A stretch of DNA of 64,000 nucleotides from Macrostomum lignano. Its lineage: Eukaryota. Positions 39,745 through 52,555 of the stretch are shown in pieces. A program made the translations under genes and the position numbers. The DNA is taken from the NCBI GenBank assembly GCA_002269645.1, contig NIVC01000505.1, positions 133,988-197,987 of the forward strand. The letters run 5' to 3'. The notes beneath the pieces are model-generated. The model was given only the letters and a program-made list of their open reading frames with translations. It made no database searches and had not been told where the DNA came from. Position 1 is the stretch's first letter. Each line of letters begins with the position of its first letter.

Positions 39745-42700
39745 TTACTCTAGCGTGATCTAAAGATTCTTAGTATCAGCCGAGTCTTAGCCTAGCGTGA
39801 TCTAAAGATTCTTAGTATCAGCCGAGTCTTAGCCTAGCAAGATCTATAGATTCATAGAATCAGCCGAGAATCTTAGTCTAGCGAGATCTATAGATTCTTA
39901 GAATCAGCCGAGAATCTTACTCTAGCGAGATCTATGATTCATAGAATCAGCCAAGATTCTTAGTCTAGCGAGATCTATAGATTCGAAGAATCAGCCGAGT
40001 CTTAGTCTACCGAGATCTATAGATTCTTAGAATCAGCCGAGAATCTTACTCTAGCGTGATCTATAGATTCAGAAAAATCTGCCGAGAATCCTAGCCTAGC
40101 GAGATCTATAGATTCTTAGAATCAGCCGAGAATCCTAGCCTAGCGAGATCTATAGATTCTTAGAATCAACCGAGAATCTTAGTCTAGCTAGATCTATAGA
40201 TTCTTAGAATCAGCCGAGAATCTTAGTCTAGCGAGATCTATAGATTCATAGAATCAGCCGAGAATCTTAGTCTAGCGAGATCTATAGATTCTTAGAATCA
40301 GCCGAGAATCTTACTCTAGCGAGATCTATGATTCATAGAATCAGCCAAGATTCTTAGTCTAGCGAGATCTATAGATTCGAAGAATCAGCCGAGTCTTAGT
40401 CTACCGAGATCTATAGATTCTTAGAATCAGCCGAGAATCTTACTCTAGCGTGATCTATAGATTCAGAAAAATCTGCCGAGAATCCTAGCCTAGCGAGATC
40501 TATAGATTCTTAGAATCAGCCGAGAATCCTAGCCTAGCGAGATCTATAGATTCTTAGAATCAACCGAGAATCTTAGTCTAGCTAGATCTATAGATTCTTA
40601 GAATCAGCCGAGAATCTTAGTCTAGCGAGATCTATAGATTCATAGAATCAGCCGAGAATCTTAGTCTAGCGAGATCTATAGATTCTTAGAATCAGCCGAG
40701 AATCTTACTCTAGCGAGATCTATAGATTCTTAGAATCAGCCGAGAATCTTACTCTAGCGAGATCTATAGATTCTTAGAATCAGCCGAGAATCTTACTCTA
40801 GCGAGATCTATAGATTCTTAGAATCAGCCGAGAATCCTAGCCTTGAGAGATCTATAGATTCTTAGAATCAGCCGAGAATCTTCTTAGTCTAGCGAGATCT
40901 ATAGATTCTTAGAATCAGCCGAGAATCTTACTCTAGCGAGATCTATGGATTCTTAGAATCAGCCGACAATCTTAGTCTAGCGTGATCTATAGATTCTTAG
41001 AATCAGCCGAGAATCTTACTCTAGCGAGATCTATATAGATTCTTAGAATCAGCCGAGAATCTTACTCTAGCGAGATCTATATAGATTCTTAGAATCAGCC
41101 GAGAATCTTACTCTAGCGAGATCTATAGATTCTTAGAATCAGCCGAGAATCCTAGCCTAGCGAGATCTATAGATTCTTAGAATCAACCGAGAATCCTAGC
41201 CTAGCGAGATCTATAGATTCATAGAATCAGCCGAGAATCCTAGCCTAGCGAGATCTATAGATTCTTAGAATCAACCAAGATTCTTAGCCTAGCGAGATCT
41301 ATAGATTCATAGAATCAGCCAAGATTCTTAGTCTAGCGAGATCTATAGATTCTTAGAATCAGCCGAGAATCTTACTCTAGCGTGATCTAAAGATTCTTAG
41401 TATCAGCCGAGTCTTAGTCTAGCAAGATCTATAGATTCATAGAATCAGCCGAGAATCTTAGTCTAGCGAGATCTATAGATTCTTAGAATCAGCCGAGAAT
41501 CTTACTCTAGCGAGATCTATGATTCATAGAATCAGCCAAGATTCTTAGTCTAGCGAGATCTATAGATTCGAAGAATCAGCCGAGTCTTAGTCTACCGAGA
41601 TCTATAGATTCTTAGAATCAGCCGAGAATCTTACTCTAGCGTGATCTATAGATTCAGAAAAATCTGCCGAGAATCCTAGCCTAGCGAGATCTATAGATTC
41701 TTAGAATCAGCCGAGAATCCTAGCCTAGCGAGATCTATAGATTTTTAGAATCAACCGAGAATCTTAGTCTAGCTAGATCTATAGATTCTTAGAATCAGCC
41801 GAGAATCTTAGTCTAGCGAGATCTATAGATTCTTAGAATCAGCCGAGAATCTTACTCTAGCGAGATCTATAGATTCTTAGAATCAGCCGAGAATCTTACT
41901 CTAGCGAGATCTATAGATTCTTAGAATCAGCCGAGAATCTTACTCTAGCGAGATCTATAGATTCTTAGAATCAGCCGAGAATCTTACTCTAGCGAGATCT
42001 ATAGATTCTTAGAATCAGCCGAGAATCCTAGCCTTGAGAGATCTGTAGATTCTTAGAATCAACCGAGAATCTTAGTCTAGCGAGATCTATAGATTCTTAG
42101 AATCAGCCGAGAATCTTAGTCTAGCTAGATCTATAGATTCTTAGAATCAGCCGAGAATCTTCTTAGTCTAGCGAGATCTATAGATTCTTAGAATCAGCCG
42201 AGAATCTTACTCTAGCGAGATCTATGGATTCTTAGAATCAGCCGACAATCTTAGTCTAGCGTGATCTATAGATTCTTAGAATCAGCCGAGAATCTTACTC
42301 TAGCGAGATATATATAGATTCTTAGAATCAGCCGAGAATCTTACTCTAGCGAGATCTATATAGATTCTTAGAATCAGCCGAGAATCTTACTCTAGCGAGA
42401 TCTATATAGATTCTTAGAATCAGCCGAGAATCTTACTCTAGCGAGATCTATAGATTCTTAGAATCAGCCGAGAATCCTAGCCTAGCGAGATCTATAGATT
42501 CTTAGAATCAACCGAGAATCCTAGCCTAGCGAGATCTATAGATTCATAGAATCAGCCGAGAATCCTAGCCTAGCGAGATCTATAGATTCTTAGAATCAAC
42601 CAAGATTCTTAGCCTAGCGAGATCTATAGATTCATAGAATCAGCCAAGATTCTTAGTCTAGCGAGATCTATAGATTCATAGAATCAGCCGAGAATCTTAC

Positions 42701-44150
42701 TCTAGCGAGATCTATAGATTCATAGAATCAGCCAAGATTCTTAGTCTAGCGAGATCTATAGATTCTTAGAATCAGCCGAGAATCTTACTCTAGCGTGATC
42801 TATAGATTCAGAAAAATCTGCCGAGAATCCTAGCCTAGCGAGATCTATAGATTCTTAGAATCAGCCGAGAATCCTAGCCTAGCGAGATCTATAGATTTTT
42901 AGAATCAACCGAGAATCTTAGTCTAGCTAGATCTATAGATTCTTAGAATCAGCCGAGAATCTTAGTCTAGCGAGATCTATAGATTCTTAGAATCAGCCGA
43001 GAATCTTACTCTAGCGAGATCTATAGATTCTTAGAATCAGCCGAGAATCTTACTCTAGCGAGATCTATAGATTCTTAGAATCAGCCGAGAATCTTACTCT
43101 AGCGAGATCTATAGATTCTTAGAATCAGCCGAGAATCTTACTCTAGCGAGATCTATAGATTCTTAGAATCAGCCGAGAATCCTAGCCTTGAGAGATCTGT
43201 AGATTCTTAGAATCAACCGAGAATCTTAGTCTAGCGAGATCTATAGATTCTTAGAATCAGCCGAGAATCTTAGTCTAGCTAGATCTATAGATTCTTAGAA
43301 TCAGCCGAGAATCTTCTTAGTCTAGCGAGATCTATAGATTCTTAGAATCAGCCGAGAATCTTACTCTAGCGAGATCTATGGATTCTTAGAATCAGCCGAC
43401 AATCTTAGTCTAGCGTGATCTATAGATTCTTAGAATCAGCCGAGAATCTTACTCTAGCGAGATATATATAGATTCTTAGAATCAGCCGAGAATCTTACTC
43501 TAGCGAGATCTATATAGATTCTTAGAATCAGCCGAGAATCTTACTCTAGCGAGATCTATAGATTCTTAGAATCAGCCGAGAATCTTACTCTAGCGAGATC
43601 TATAGATTCTTAGAATCAGCCGAGAATCCTAGCCTAGCGAGATCTATAGATTCTTAGAATCAACCGAGAATCCTAGCCTAGCGAGATCTATAGATTCATA
43701 GAATCAGCCGAGAATCCTAGCCTAGCGAGATCTATAGATTCTTAGAATCAACCAAGATTCTTAGCCTAGCGAGATCTATAGATTCATAGAATCAGCCAAG
43801 ATTCTTAGTCTAGCGAGATCTATAGATTCATAGAATCAGCCGAGAATCTTACTCTAGCGAGATCTATAGATTCATAGAATCAGCCAAGATTCTTAGTCTA
43901 GCGAGATCTATAGATTCGAAGAATCAGCCAAGATTCTTACTCTAGCGAGATCTATAGATTCATAGAATCAGCCAAGATTCTTAGTCTAGCGAGATCTATA
44001 GATTCGAAGAATCAGCCAAGATTCTTAGTCTAGCGAGATCTATAGATTCTTAGAATCAGCCAAGATTCTTAGTCTAGCGAGATCTATAGATTCGAAGAAT
44101 CAGCCAAGATTCTTAGTCTAGCGAGATCTGTAGTCTCTTAGAATCAGCCG
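39745..44150. repeat. 44-nt palindrome-rich satellite, ~100 copies
   Basis: Unit TAGCGAGATCTATAGATTCTTAGAATCAGCCGAGAATCTTACTC. Confidence 0.97.
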
Positions 44151-44887
44151 AAAATAGCTGAAATATAGACCCTCAGCTATAGAAACATTATTAGAACATC
44201 TCCAGAAAAGGAATGCGGCACATCTAAAAGTCCAGGACAGGCTGGAACCAAGGTACAAAATTAGCTAATGCACGGAGGACAAACATCACACAGCTCGCCT
44301 CCAATCCACAGAGATCGATACAGCACTCTCCTTTCCTGCAGTTAGCTAGGCAGGACTGTCTGCTACAGTGAAACTATCGAAATAGCTTCGGCACTTGTGC
44401 AGCTCTCCATTCAAGACTTTTGAATACCCGCCCTGGTGGCAGTTCATTTGTCCATCTTTACTTTGCTACTGAAATATGCAATTATTGCCAAAAAACACAA
44501 TCGACCAATAGAAAAGAATCGATAAACTTCCTCTCCATATAGTTTAGTTTATAGCTAGTGTCTGTACGTACGCTATATAAGCTTTCAATTAATTTAGTTG
44601 GGCCTGAGCTGAAACGTAAGTAGCTATAACTCATCTAGGCGAGGAGGTGAACAGAATTGCAAGGAAACCGTTTTAACTAACCATCCTATAGTGTGTGCAG
44701 CCGTGTAGTTTGGAGGAAATTATCTGCATAAATTATTCAGCGTCAATACATACCTTTGCTTGCTTGGTAAGAAACACAAGTAGCTATGTAGAGCAGCTAT
44801 ATAACACAGAGCAGCAATTACCTAAAGACTAAGCGAGCATTTTATTAACAAAAACTATGCTGAAATACATCAGGTGCAACCTCGGAA

Positions 44888-45535
44888 TTGCTGAAGTTGT
44901 TGTCAGGAGCAATCCTGGGATGTCAGAAGTTGTTGTCAGGAGCAATCCTGGGATGTCAGAAGTTGTTGTCAGGAGCAATCCTGGGATGTCAGAAGTTGTT
45001 GTCAGGAGCAATCTAATGTCAAAAGTTGTTGTCAGGAGCAATCTTGGAATGTCAGAAGTTGTTGTCAGGAGCAATCTTGGAATGTCAGAAGTTGTTGTCA
45101 GGAGCAATCTTGAAATATCAGAAGTTGTTGTCAGGAGCAATCCTGGGATGTCAGAAGTTGTTGTCAGGAGCAATCCTGGGATGTCAGAAGTTGTTGTCAG
45201 GAGCAATCTTGGAATGTCAGAAGTTGTTGTCAGGAGCAATCCTGGGATGTCAGAAGTTGTTGTCAGGAGCAATCATGGAATGTCAGAAGTTGTTGTCAGG
45301 AGCAATCCTAGGATGTCAGAAGTTGTTGTCAGGAGCAATCTTGGAATGTCAGAAGTTGCTGTTAGGAGCAATCCTGAGATGTCAGAAGTTGTTATCCGGA
45401 GCAATCATGGAATGTCAGAAGTTGTTGTCAGGAGCAATCCTGGGATGTCAGAAGTTGTTGCAGGAGCAATCTTGGAATGTCAGAAGTTGTGGTCAGGAGC
45501 AATCTCCGAATGTCAGAACATTCTGTCAGGAGACG
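44888..45535. repeat. 33-nt minisatellite
   Basis: GTCAGGAGCAATCCTGGGATGTCAGAAGTTGTT units. Confidence 0.95.
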
Positions 45536-46059
45536 GCCTTTGACCACCCCAAAAGACAGCATACAAAAGAAGTCCCTACTTTCAGTAATAAAAAACGAAA
45601 AATAAAAATGCAAGAAAACTGTCAGTGCAAATAGGACAGCTAATTTTTTTCAACACACAGCAGACAGAAGGTTGCACCATATAAATGCTTCAAGATAACT
45701 GCACGATAAAGGTTTTATTTCATCATTTAATTAGCAGAAGACAATTTGACTACACGCAAAAATAGTGCGAAAATCCTTGAAATTCTACTGAAAACCTCAA
45801 GTCAGTAGTAAAATTCAAAATTGGTTTGCCAATTTTGCATGCGATTTTATAAGAAGACTTTCAGAGTCAGACTACCCCAGGATGATAAACGAAGACCGAA
45901 TCGAAATTGTATTTTTTATAGAATCTTTTCCCGATTGTAGCTAATGATTTTGATGTATTGGCTGGCTTAGATGTACGAATTGACGAAAGATATCGAATTA
46001 AATTGGTCACGTAGAGGACTGTCGCTTTGAAAGTTAGCAGACAGCAGTAAAATAGATAG

Positions 46060-46978
<919 letters not shown>

Positions 46979-47146
46979 TAATTACCCGATGGAAAATCTG
47001 GAGGGGTGTTGGAGGCTCACTTTTTGGTGCTAGCCTCTAATGATTTTTTTTATTTGGTTACACTAAACCAATGGGAGGCTAGAGGCTGGGTTAGAGGCTC
47101 GACTCTTGGGTGTCGCAGCCTCTAAAAATGACCCAGATTTGATGCT

Positions 47147-48540
47147 TGCAATTTGAGGCTCGTATTGGAGGCTCAATTAGAGGCTGGCAATTTGAGGCTC
47201 GTATTGGAGGCTCAATTAGAGGCTGGCAATTTGAGGCTCGTATTGGAGGCTCAATTAGAGGCTGGCAATTTGAGGCTCGTATTGGAGGCTCAATTAGAGG
47301 CTGGCAATTTGAGGCTCATATTGGAGGCTCAATTAGAGGCTGGCAATTTGAGGCTCGTATTGGAGGCTCAATTAGAGGCTGGCAATTTGAGGCTCGTATT
47401 GGAGGCTCAATTAGAGGCTGGCAATTTGAGGCTCGTATTGGAGGCTCAATTAGAGGCTGGCAATTTGAGGCTCGTTTTGGAGGCTCAATTAGAGACTGGC
47501 AATTTGAGGCTCGTTTTGGAGGCTCAATTAGAGGCTGGCGATTTGATGCTCAGTTAGAGGCTGAATTAGAGGCTCAATTAGAGGCTGGCGATTTGATGCT
47601 CAGTTAGAGGCTGAATTAGAGGCTCAATTAGAGGCTGGCGATTTGATGCTCAGTTAGAGGCTCAATTAGAGGCTCAATTAGAGGCTGGCGATTTGATGCT
47701 CAGTTAGAGGCTGAATTAGAGGCTCAATTAGAGGCTGGCGATTTGATGCTCAGTTAGAGGCTGAATTAGAGGCTGAATTAGAGGCTGGCGATTTGATGCT
47801 CAGTTAGAGGCTGAATTAGAGGCTCAATTAGAGGCTCAATTAGAGGCTGGCGATTTGATGCTCAGTTAGAGGCTGAATTAGAGGCTCAATTAGAGGCTGG
47901 CGATTTGATGCTTAGTTAGAGGCTGAATTAGAGGCTCAATTAGAGGCTGGCGATTTGATGCTCAGTTAGAGGCTGAATTAGAGGCTCAATTAGAGGCTCA
48001 ATTAGAGGCTGGCGATTTGATGCTCAGTTAGAGGCTCAATTAGAGGCTCAATTAGAGGCTCAATTAGAGGCTGGCGATTTGATGCTCAGTTAGAGGCTCA
48101 ATTAGAGGCTCAATTAGAGGCTCAATTAGAGGCTGGCGATTTGATGCTCAGTTAGAGGCTCAATTAGAGGCTCAATTAGAGGCTCAATTAGAGGCTGGCG
48201 ATTTGATGCTCAGTTAGAGGCTCAATTAGAGGCTCAATTAGAGGCTCAATTAGAGGCTGGCGATTTGATGCTCAGTTAGAGGCTCAATTAGAGGCTCAAT
48301 TAGAGGCTCAATTAGAGGCTCAATTAGAGGCTGGCGATTTGATGCTCAGTTAGAGGCTCAATTAGAGGCTCAATTAGAGGCTGGCGATTTGATGCTCAGT
48401 TAGAGGCTCAATTAGAGGCTCAATTAGAGGCTGGCGATTTGATGCTCAGTTAGAGGCTGAATTAGAGGCTCGATTAGAGGCTGGCGATTTGATGCTCAGT
48501 TAGAGGCTCAATTAGAGGCTCAATTAGAGGCTGGCGATTT
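47147..48540. repeat. Left subterminal array of the transposon
   Basis: 39-nt units, then variable units built from TTAGAGGCTCAA modules. Confidence 0.92.
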
Positions 48541-48603
48541 ATTAATAAGCTACGATTAATAAAACGAAAGAAAGAAAGAAAGAAAGAGGCTGGTTTCTTT
48601 TTA

Positions 48604-49072
48604 CGAGGGATGTGTCATAAATCTGCTGACAAACATCTCTAGTTTCTTTTGTATTTTTTTACTTGAGTTTATACTTTAGCCTAGGACTCTAGGGCTCATG
48701 ACAGTTATGTCTATGGAAAATATTACTTCTAGCCTTCATATAAGACAGAAAATCCTGTATCTTTCTACCTCCACCTCTACCTCTAGCATCTACCTCTGAT
48801 GAGAACATCCAGCGGGTGCTCTTAGAGAAAATTAAAGAGCCACTTCGTGGTCACTGCTATGGAAGCCTTTCTGCTTTTGGCTCTGCGATCAACCAGTGGT
48901 TGCGAAGTGTCCCCAGAAAATTCTTCGCCCAGGGCCTCGACAAGCTGCCTGAAAGATGGCACAAATGTGTTCAGCTCCGGGGTGACTATGTTGAGAAGTG
49001 TGACATTGATTATTAAGAGTTTCTTTTTTTACTTGTTTAATAGTCACATTTGTCAGCGAATCACAATCCTCG
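48604..49072 (+). mobile_element. Internally deleted mariner element nested in the larger transposon
   Basis: TA|CGAGGGATGTG...CACAATCCTCG|TA imperfect TIRs. Residual mariner transposase C-terminus LRGHCYGS...WLRSVPRKFFAQGLDKLPERWHKCVQLRGDYVEK at 48816-49016. Confidence 0.88.
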
Positions 49073-49101
49073 TACCGTTATCAGTTCTTACGTTTCGCCT
49101 A

Positions 49102-50181
49102 CTACAACACGGCCTCGGTCTCGCCACCGGCCTCGGTCTCGCCACCGGCCTCCGTCCCGCCACCGGCCTCTGTCCCGCCACCGGCCTCCGTCCCGCCACC
49201 GGCCTCCGTCTCGCCACCGGCCTCCGTCCCGCCACCGGCCTCCGTCTCGCCATCGGCCTCCGTCCCGCCACCGGTCTCGGTCTCGCCACCGGCCTCCGTC
49301 CCGCCACCGGCCTCCGTCCCGCCACCGGCCTCCGTCTCGCCACCGGCCTCCGTCCCGCCACCGGCCTCCGTCTCGCCACCGGCCTCCGTCTCGCCATCGG
49401 CCTCCGTCCCGCCACCGGCCTCCGTCTCGCCACCGGCGCCCGATAGTTTACTGCGGCCGTAAGCGGCGAGGCGATTGAAGTAAAGTGACAGGCGGCTTGG
49501 GTCTAGGCCGTTCGATTTAACGAATTGAATGACGGCCTCTTTCTGCATCGGGTCGACGGCCGACCGGTTGGTGCCATTCTTTACCTTTCGTCCTTCCCAG
49601 ACACACGTCTGAAGCTGCTCCTCAGAGAAGACAGCCCGCAGTATTGTGGAGTAAGCGACGCCAAGTAGGCGCTTTCGTTGAGCAACTTCCTTGGCATCGT
49701 GGTATCTCTTGATGGCTGTTTCAATACCGCGCATGCTGTCGTCCGTCACTTTTACGGTGGGGAACGCGTCAATGAGGGCGACCTTCTGTATCAAAGACAC
49801 CGGTTTTTTGATAGTGGTGCTACCGGACGTACTGTCACTCGCACGAGTGTTAACAGCCAAGGTGATCCCTAAGGACTCCACTTCAGTGGCCATGGAGGAG
49901 TCAACTATTGTGGCTGGCGAGTCGGAGCAGAATTCCGCCATCTTGGCGAGCTCGGTGCGTGCACGCGCGTGGATTTTGTTCGCGTCCTCTAGCATTTTAT
50001 CAACCGATGAGATGATCCGCACCGAGTTTCGGAAGGAAGTACAAGTCTGCCGATACTCGAGGGCAAGCTGGTGCAAATCAGCCTTCATGCTGGATACTTT
50101 TCCTTCGACAGACTGCGCCTCCGTGTCATGGTCACGTGAAAGCTCATCCAATGCCGCCTGGAGCCTCTCCTTGTCTTCCAT
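49102..50181 (-). CDS. Transposon-borne coiled-coil + BEN-domain-like protein (359 aa) with 6-aa repeat tail
   Basis: Intact ORF. aa ~172-246 (ILRAVFSEEQLQTCVWEG...AVDPMQKEAVIQFV...FNRLAAYGRSK) fits the BEN pattern. N-terminal helical or coiled-coil region; EAGG(G/E)T tail from an 18-nt repeat. Confidence 0.7.
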   Translation of the reverse strand: MEDKERLQAALDELSRDHDTEAQSVEGKVSSMKADLHQLALEYRQTCTSFRNSVRIISSVDKMLEDANKIHARARTELAKMAEFCSDSPATIVDSSMATEVESLGITLAVNTRASDSTSGSTTIKKPVSLIQKVALIDAFPTVKVTDDSMRGIETAIKRYHDAKEVAQRKRLLGVAYSTILRAVFSEEQLQTCVWEGRKVKNGTNRSAVDPMQKEAVIQFVKSNGLDPSRLSLYFNRLAAYGRSKLSGAGGETEAGGGTEADGETEAGGETEAGGGTEAGGETEAGGGTEAGGGTEAGGETETGGGTEADGETEAGGGTEAGGETEAGGGTEAGGGTEAGGGTEAGGETEAGGETEAVL

Positions 50182-50184
50182 GAG

Positions 50185-51350
50185 TGCTGTGCCTCTAATC
50201 CAGCCTCTAATTGAGCCTCGAATCCAGTCTCTAATTGAGCCTCGAATCCAGTCTCTAATCCAGCCTCTAATTCAGTCTCTAATACAGCCTCTAATCCAGC
50301 CTCTAATTGAGCCTCGAATCCAGTCTCTAATCCAGCCTCGAATCCAGTCTCTAATCCAGCCTCTAATTCAGTCTCTAATACAGCCTCTAATCCAGCCTCT
50401 AATTGAGCCTCGAATCCAGTCTCTAATTGAGCCTCGAATCCAGTCTCTAATCCAGCCTCTAATTCAGTCTCTAATACAGCCTCTAATCCAGCCTCTAATT
50501 GAGCCTCGAATCCAGTCTCTAATCCAGCCTCGAATCCAGTCTCTAATCCAGCCTCTAATTCAGTCTCTAATACAGCCTCTAATCCAGCCTCTAATTGAGC
50601 CTCAAATCCAGTCTCTAATTGAGCCTCGAATCCAGTCTCTAATCCAGCCTCTAATTCAGTCTCTAATACAGCCTCTAATCCAGCCTCTAATTGAGCCTCG
50701 AATCCAGTCTCTAATTGAGCCTCGAATCCAGTCTCTAATCCAGCCTCTAATTCAGTCTCTAATCCAGCCTCTAATCCAGCCTCGAATTTAGCCTCTAAAT
50801 TAAACATCAAATCCAGGCTCAAATAAAGCCTCTAATCCAGCCTCGAATTTAGCCTCTAAATTAAACATCAAATCCAGGCTCAAATAAAGCCTCTAATCCA
50901 GCCTCGAATTTAGCCTCTAAATTAAACGTCAAATCCAGGCTCAAATAAAGCCTCTAATCCAGCCTCGAATTTAGCCTCTAAATTAAACGTCAAATCCAGG
51001 CTCAAATAAAGCCTCTAATCCAGCCTCGAATTTAGCCTCTAAATTAAACGTCAAATCCAGGCTCAAATAAAGCCTCTAATCCAGCCTCGAATTTAGCCTC
51101 TAAATTAAACGTCAAATCCAGGCTCAAAAAAGCCTCTAATCCAGCCTCGAATTTAGCCTCTAAATTAAACGTCAAATCCAGGCTCAAAAAAAGCCTCTAA
51201 TCCAGCCTCGAATTTAGCCTCTAAATTAAACGTCAAATCCAGGCTCAAATAAAGCCTCTAATCCAGCCTCGAATTTAGCCTCTAAATTAAACGTCAAATC
51301 CAGGCTCAAAAAAAGCCTCTAATCCAGCCTCGAATCTAGCCTCTATCTCA
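50185..51350. repeat. Right subterminal array of the transposon
   Basis: 12-nt modules (CAGCCTCTAATC, GAGCCTCGAATC), then ~59-nt units. Motif is inverted relative to the left array. Confidence 0.92.
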
Positions 51351-51592
51351 GACTCTAAGTTGAACCTCTACTCTAGCCTCAAATCCAGCATCAAATACAA
51401 TCTCTTTTGAGGTTAAAGATTATTTTTGAGGCTAGCATCTAACCAGCCTCAAAAAATCCACTTTGAGGTTCATTCGAGGCTGCGTTTGAGGCTAGGGTAA
51501 AAATTAGAGGCTGCCCTTTTCCCATCGGGTTAGACACCAGTAGCCAGTTAGACACGCGAGGTTACAAAGACTCCGATGAGACTGCAGACAAA

Positions 51593-52001
51593 TCACTCTA
51601 CGCAAGCTTCCTCTAACCGGAGCCGCTTCTCGTCTTGAACGGCATCGCCGTCACCAGTCGAAGCCAGCTGCTTCAATTGCCGCTTGCTGTCCGCTCGTTC
51701 GCGCATCTCCTCGAAGCTGGCCTGCAGCTGACGCTTGAGCAGCGGTCGGTGCTGCCTACAGCGCAGCTCGGGCAGCAGCCCGGTACTCAGATGAGACCAA
51801 TTCAACGTTGGCGGAGTCAACGGCAGATGATCGACAGCTAGACGAGCAAGGCAGGATCGGACAGTCAGCTCAGTCCAGTGACGCTGCAAGGTGACCCTGA
51901 GATGCTCGCGGGCGTCCGCTGAGCAACGCCAATCGAGATGATCGAATTCGGCTTTAGATAAGATTAATGGGAGACCATCGGCCAACACATATTCTGGCTT
52001 C
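51593..52001 (-). CDS. PUS3: tRNA pseudouridine(38/39) synthase, exon 3
   Basis: tcacag|G AAG CCA GAA TAT gives RKPEYVLADGLPLIL and later HRPLLKRQ; TGA at 51593-51595. Joined CDS is 1437 nt (478 aa). Confidence 0.92.
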
Positions 52002-52090
52002 CTGTGAAGGTTGGTGTAAAAAAAATTGAGTCACAAGTGCATCACGTGAGTTGTAGAATCGTAAGAAGTGGTCCAAGAGTCGTTGTTTAA

Positions 52091-52375
52091 GTTAGCCTAG
52101 TAGTTAGAGTGTCGGACTCACGACTTCAAGGTCGGGGGTTCGATTCCTGATCCTGCACTCGGAACAATTTGTGTCCTTGAGCAAGACACTTACTCGTAAC
52201 TCTGCATTGCTTTAGCTCGCCCAGCTGTAAAATGGGTGCCAGCATTAGCTGGGGTAATTGAGGGTGCGTGTGGTGACCCCCCCCCCCAGTCCTTGGACTG
52301 AACAGCCGTACGCAGCCTTCAGATGCGCCGCGCAATTGCGGCTGAGCTGTCGGTTGCACATCTGCCTATTAGGCA
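52091..52375 (+). mobile_element. tRNA-derived SINE family 1 (CORE-like body), near full length, in PUS3 intron 2
   Basis: A box TAGCCTAGTAGTTAGAG, B box GGTTCGATTCC, then TGTGTCCTTGAGCAAGACACTT...CTGTAAAATGGG. Four copies in the window. Confidence 0.8.
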
Positions 52376-52555
52376 TTCGTTGATTTTTATTCATAAAGTG
52401 ACGGATTCTACAGCGACTCTTTCACGTCTCATATACCGTCTACCTGTAAGAGTCACGTCTTTCCTATTCTATCTGTGTGATCTGCAACGACTTTTGAACG
52501 CCTCTTGGCGTTCGTAACGTTTTCATTAAAAGACGTCGACCAGTATAAAACTCAC

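Larger units (their letters stand above)
46985..51529. mobile_element. Non-autonomous DNA transposon with short TIRs, TTA TSD and inverted subterminal arrays
   Basis: Left end TTA|CCCGATGGAAAA, right end TTTTCCCATCGGG|TTA. AGAGGCT arrays on the left are mirrored by AGCCTCT arrays on the right. Confidence 0.8.

Noticed and set aside
46981-46990. piggyBac assignment for the BEN element because of its CCC...GGG ends
   Set aside because: The flanks are ATTA and TTAG, not TTAA; only a 3-bp TTA is duplicated.
52091-52160. tRNA-like sequence (also near 35630-35690 and 9330-9400)
   Set aside because: These are SINE heads with broken acceptor stems, continuous with SINE bodies, not tRNA genes.
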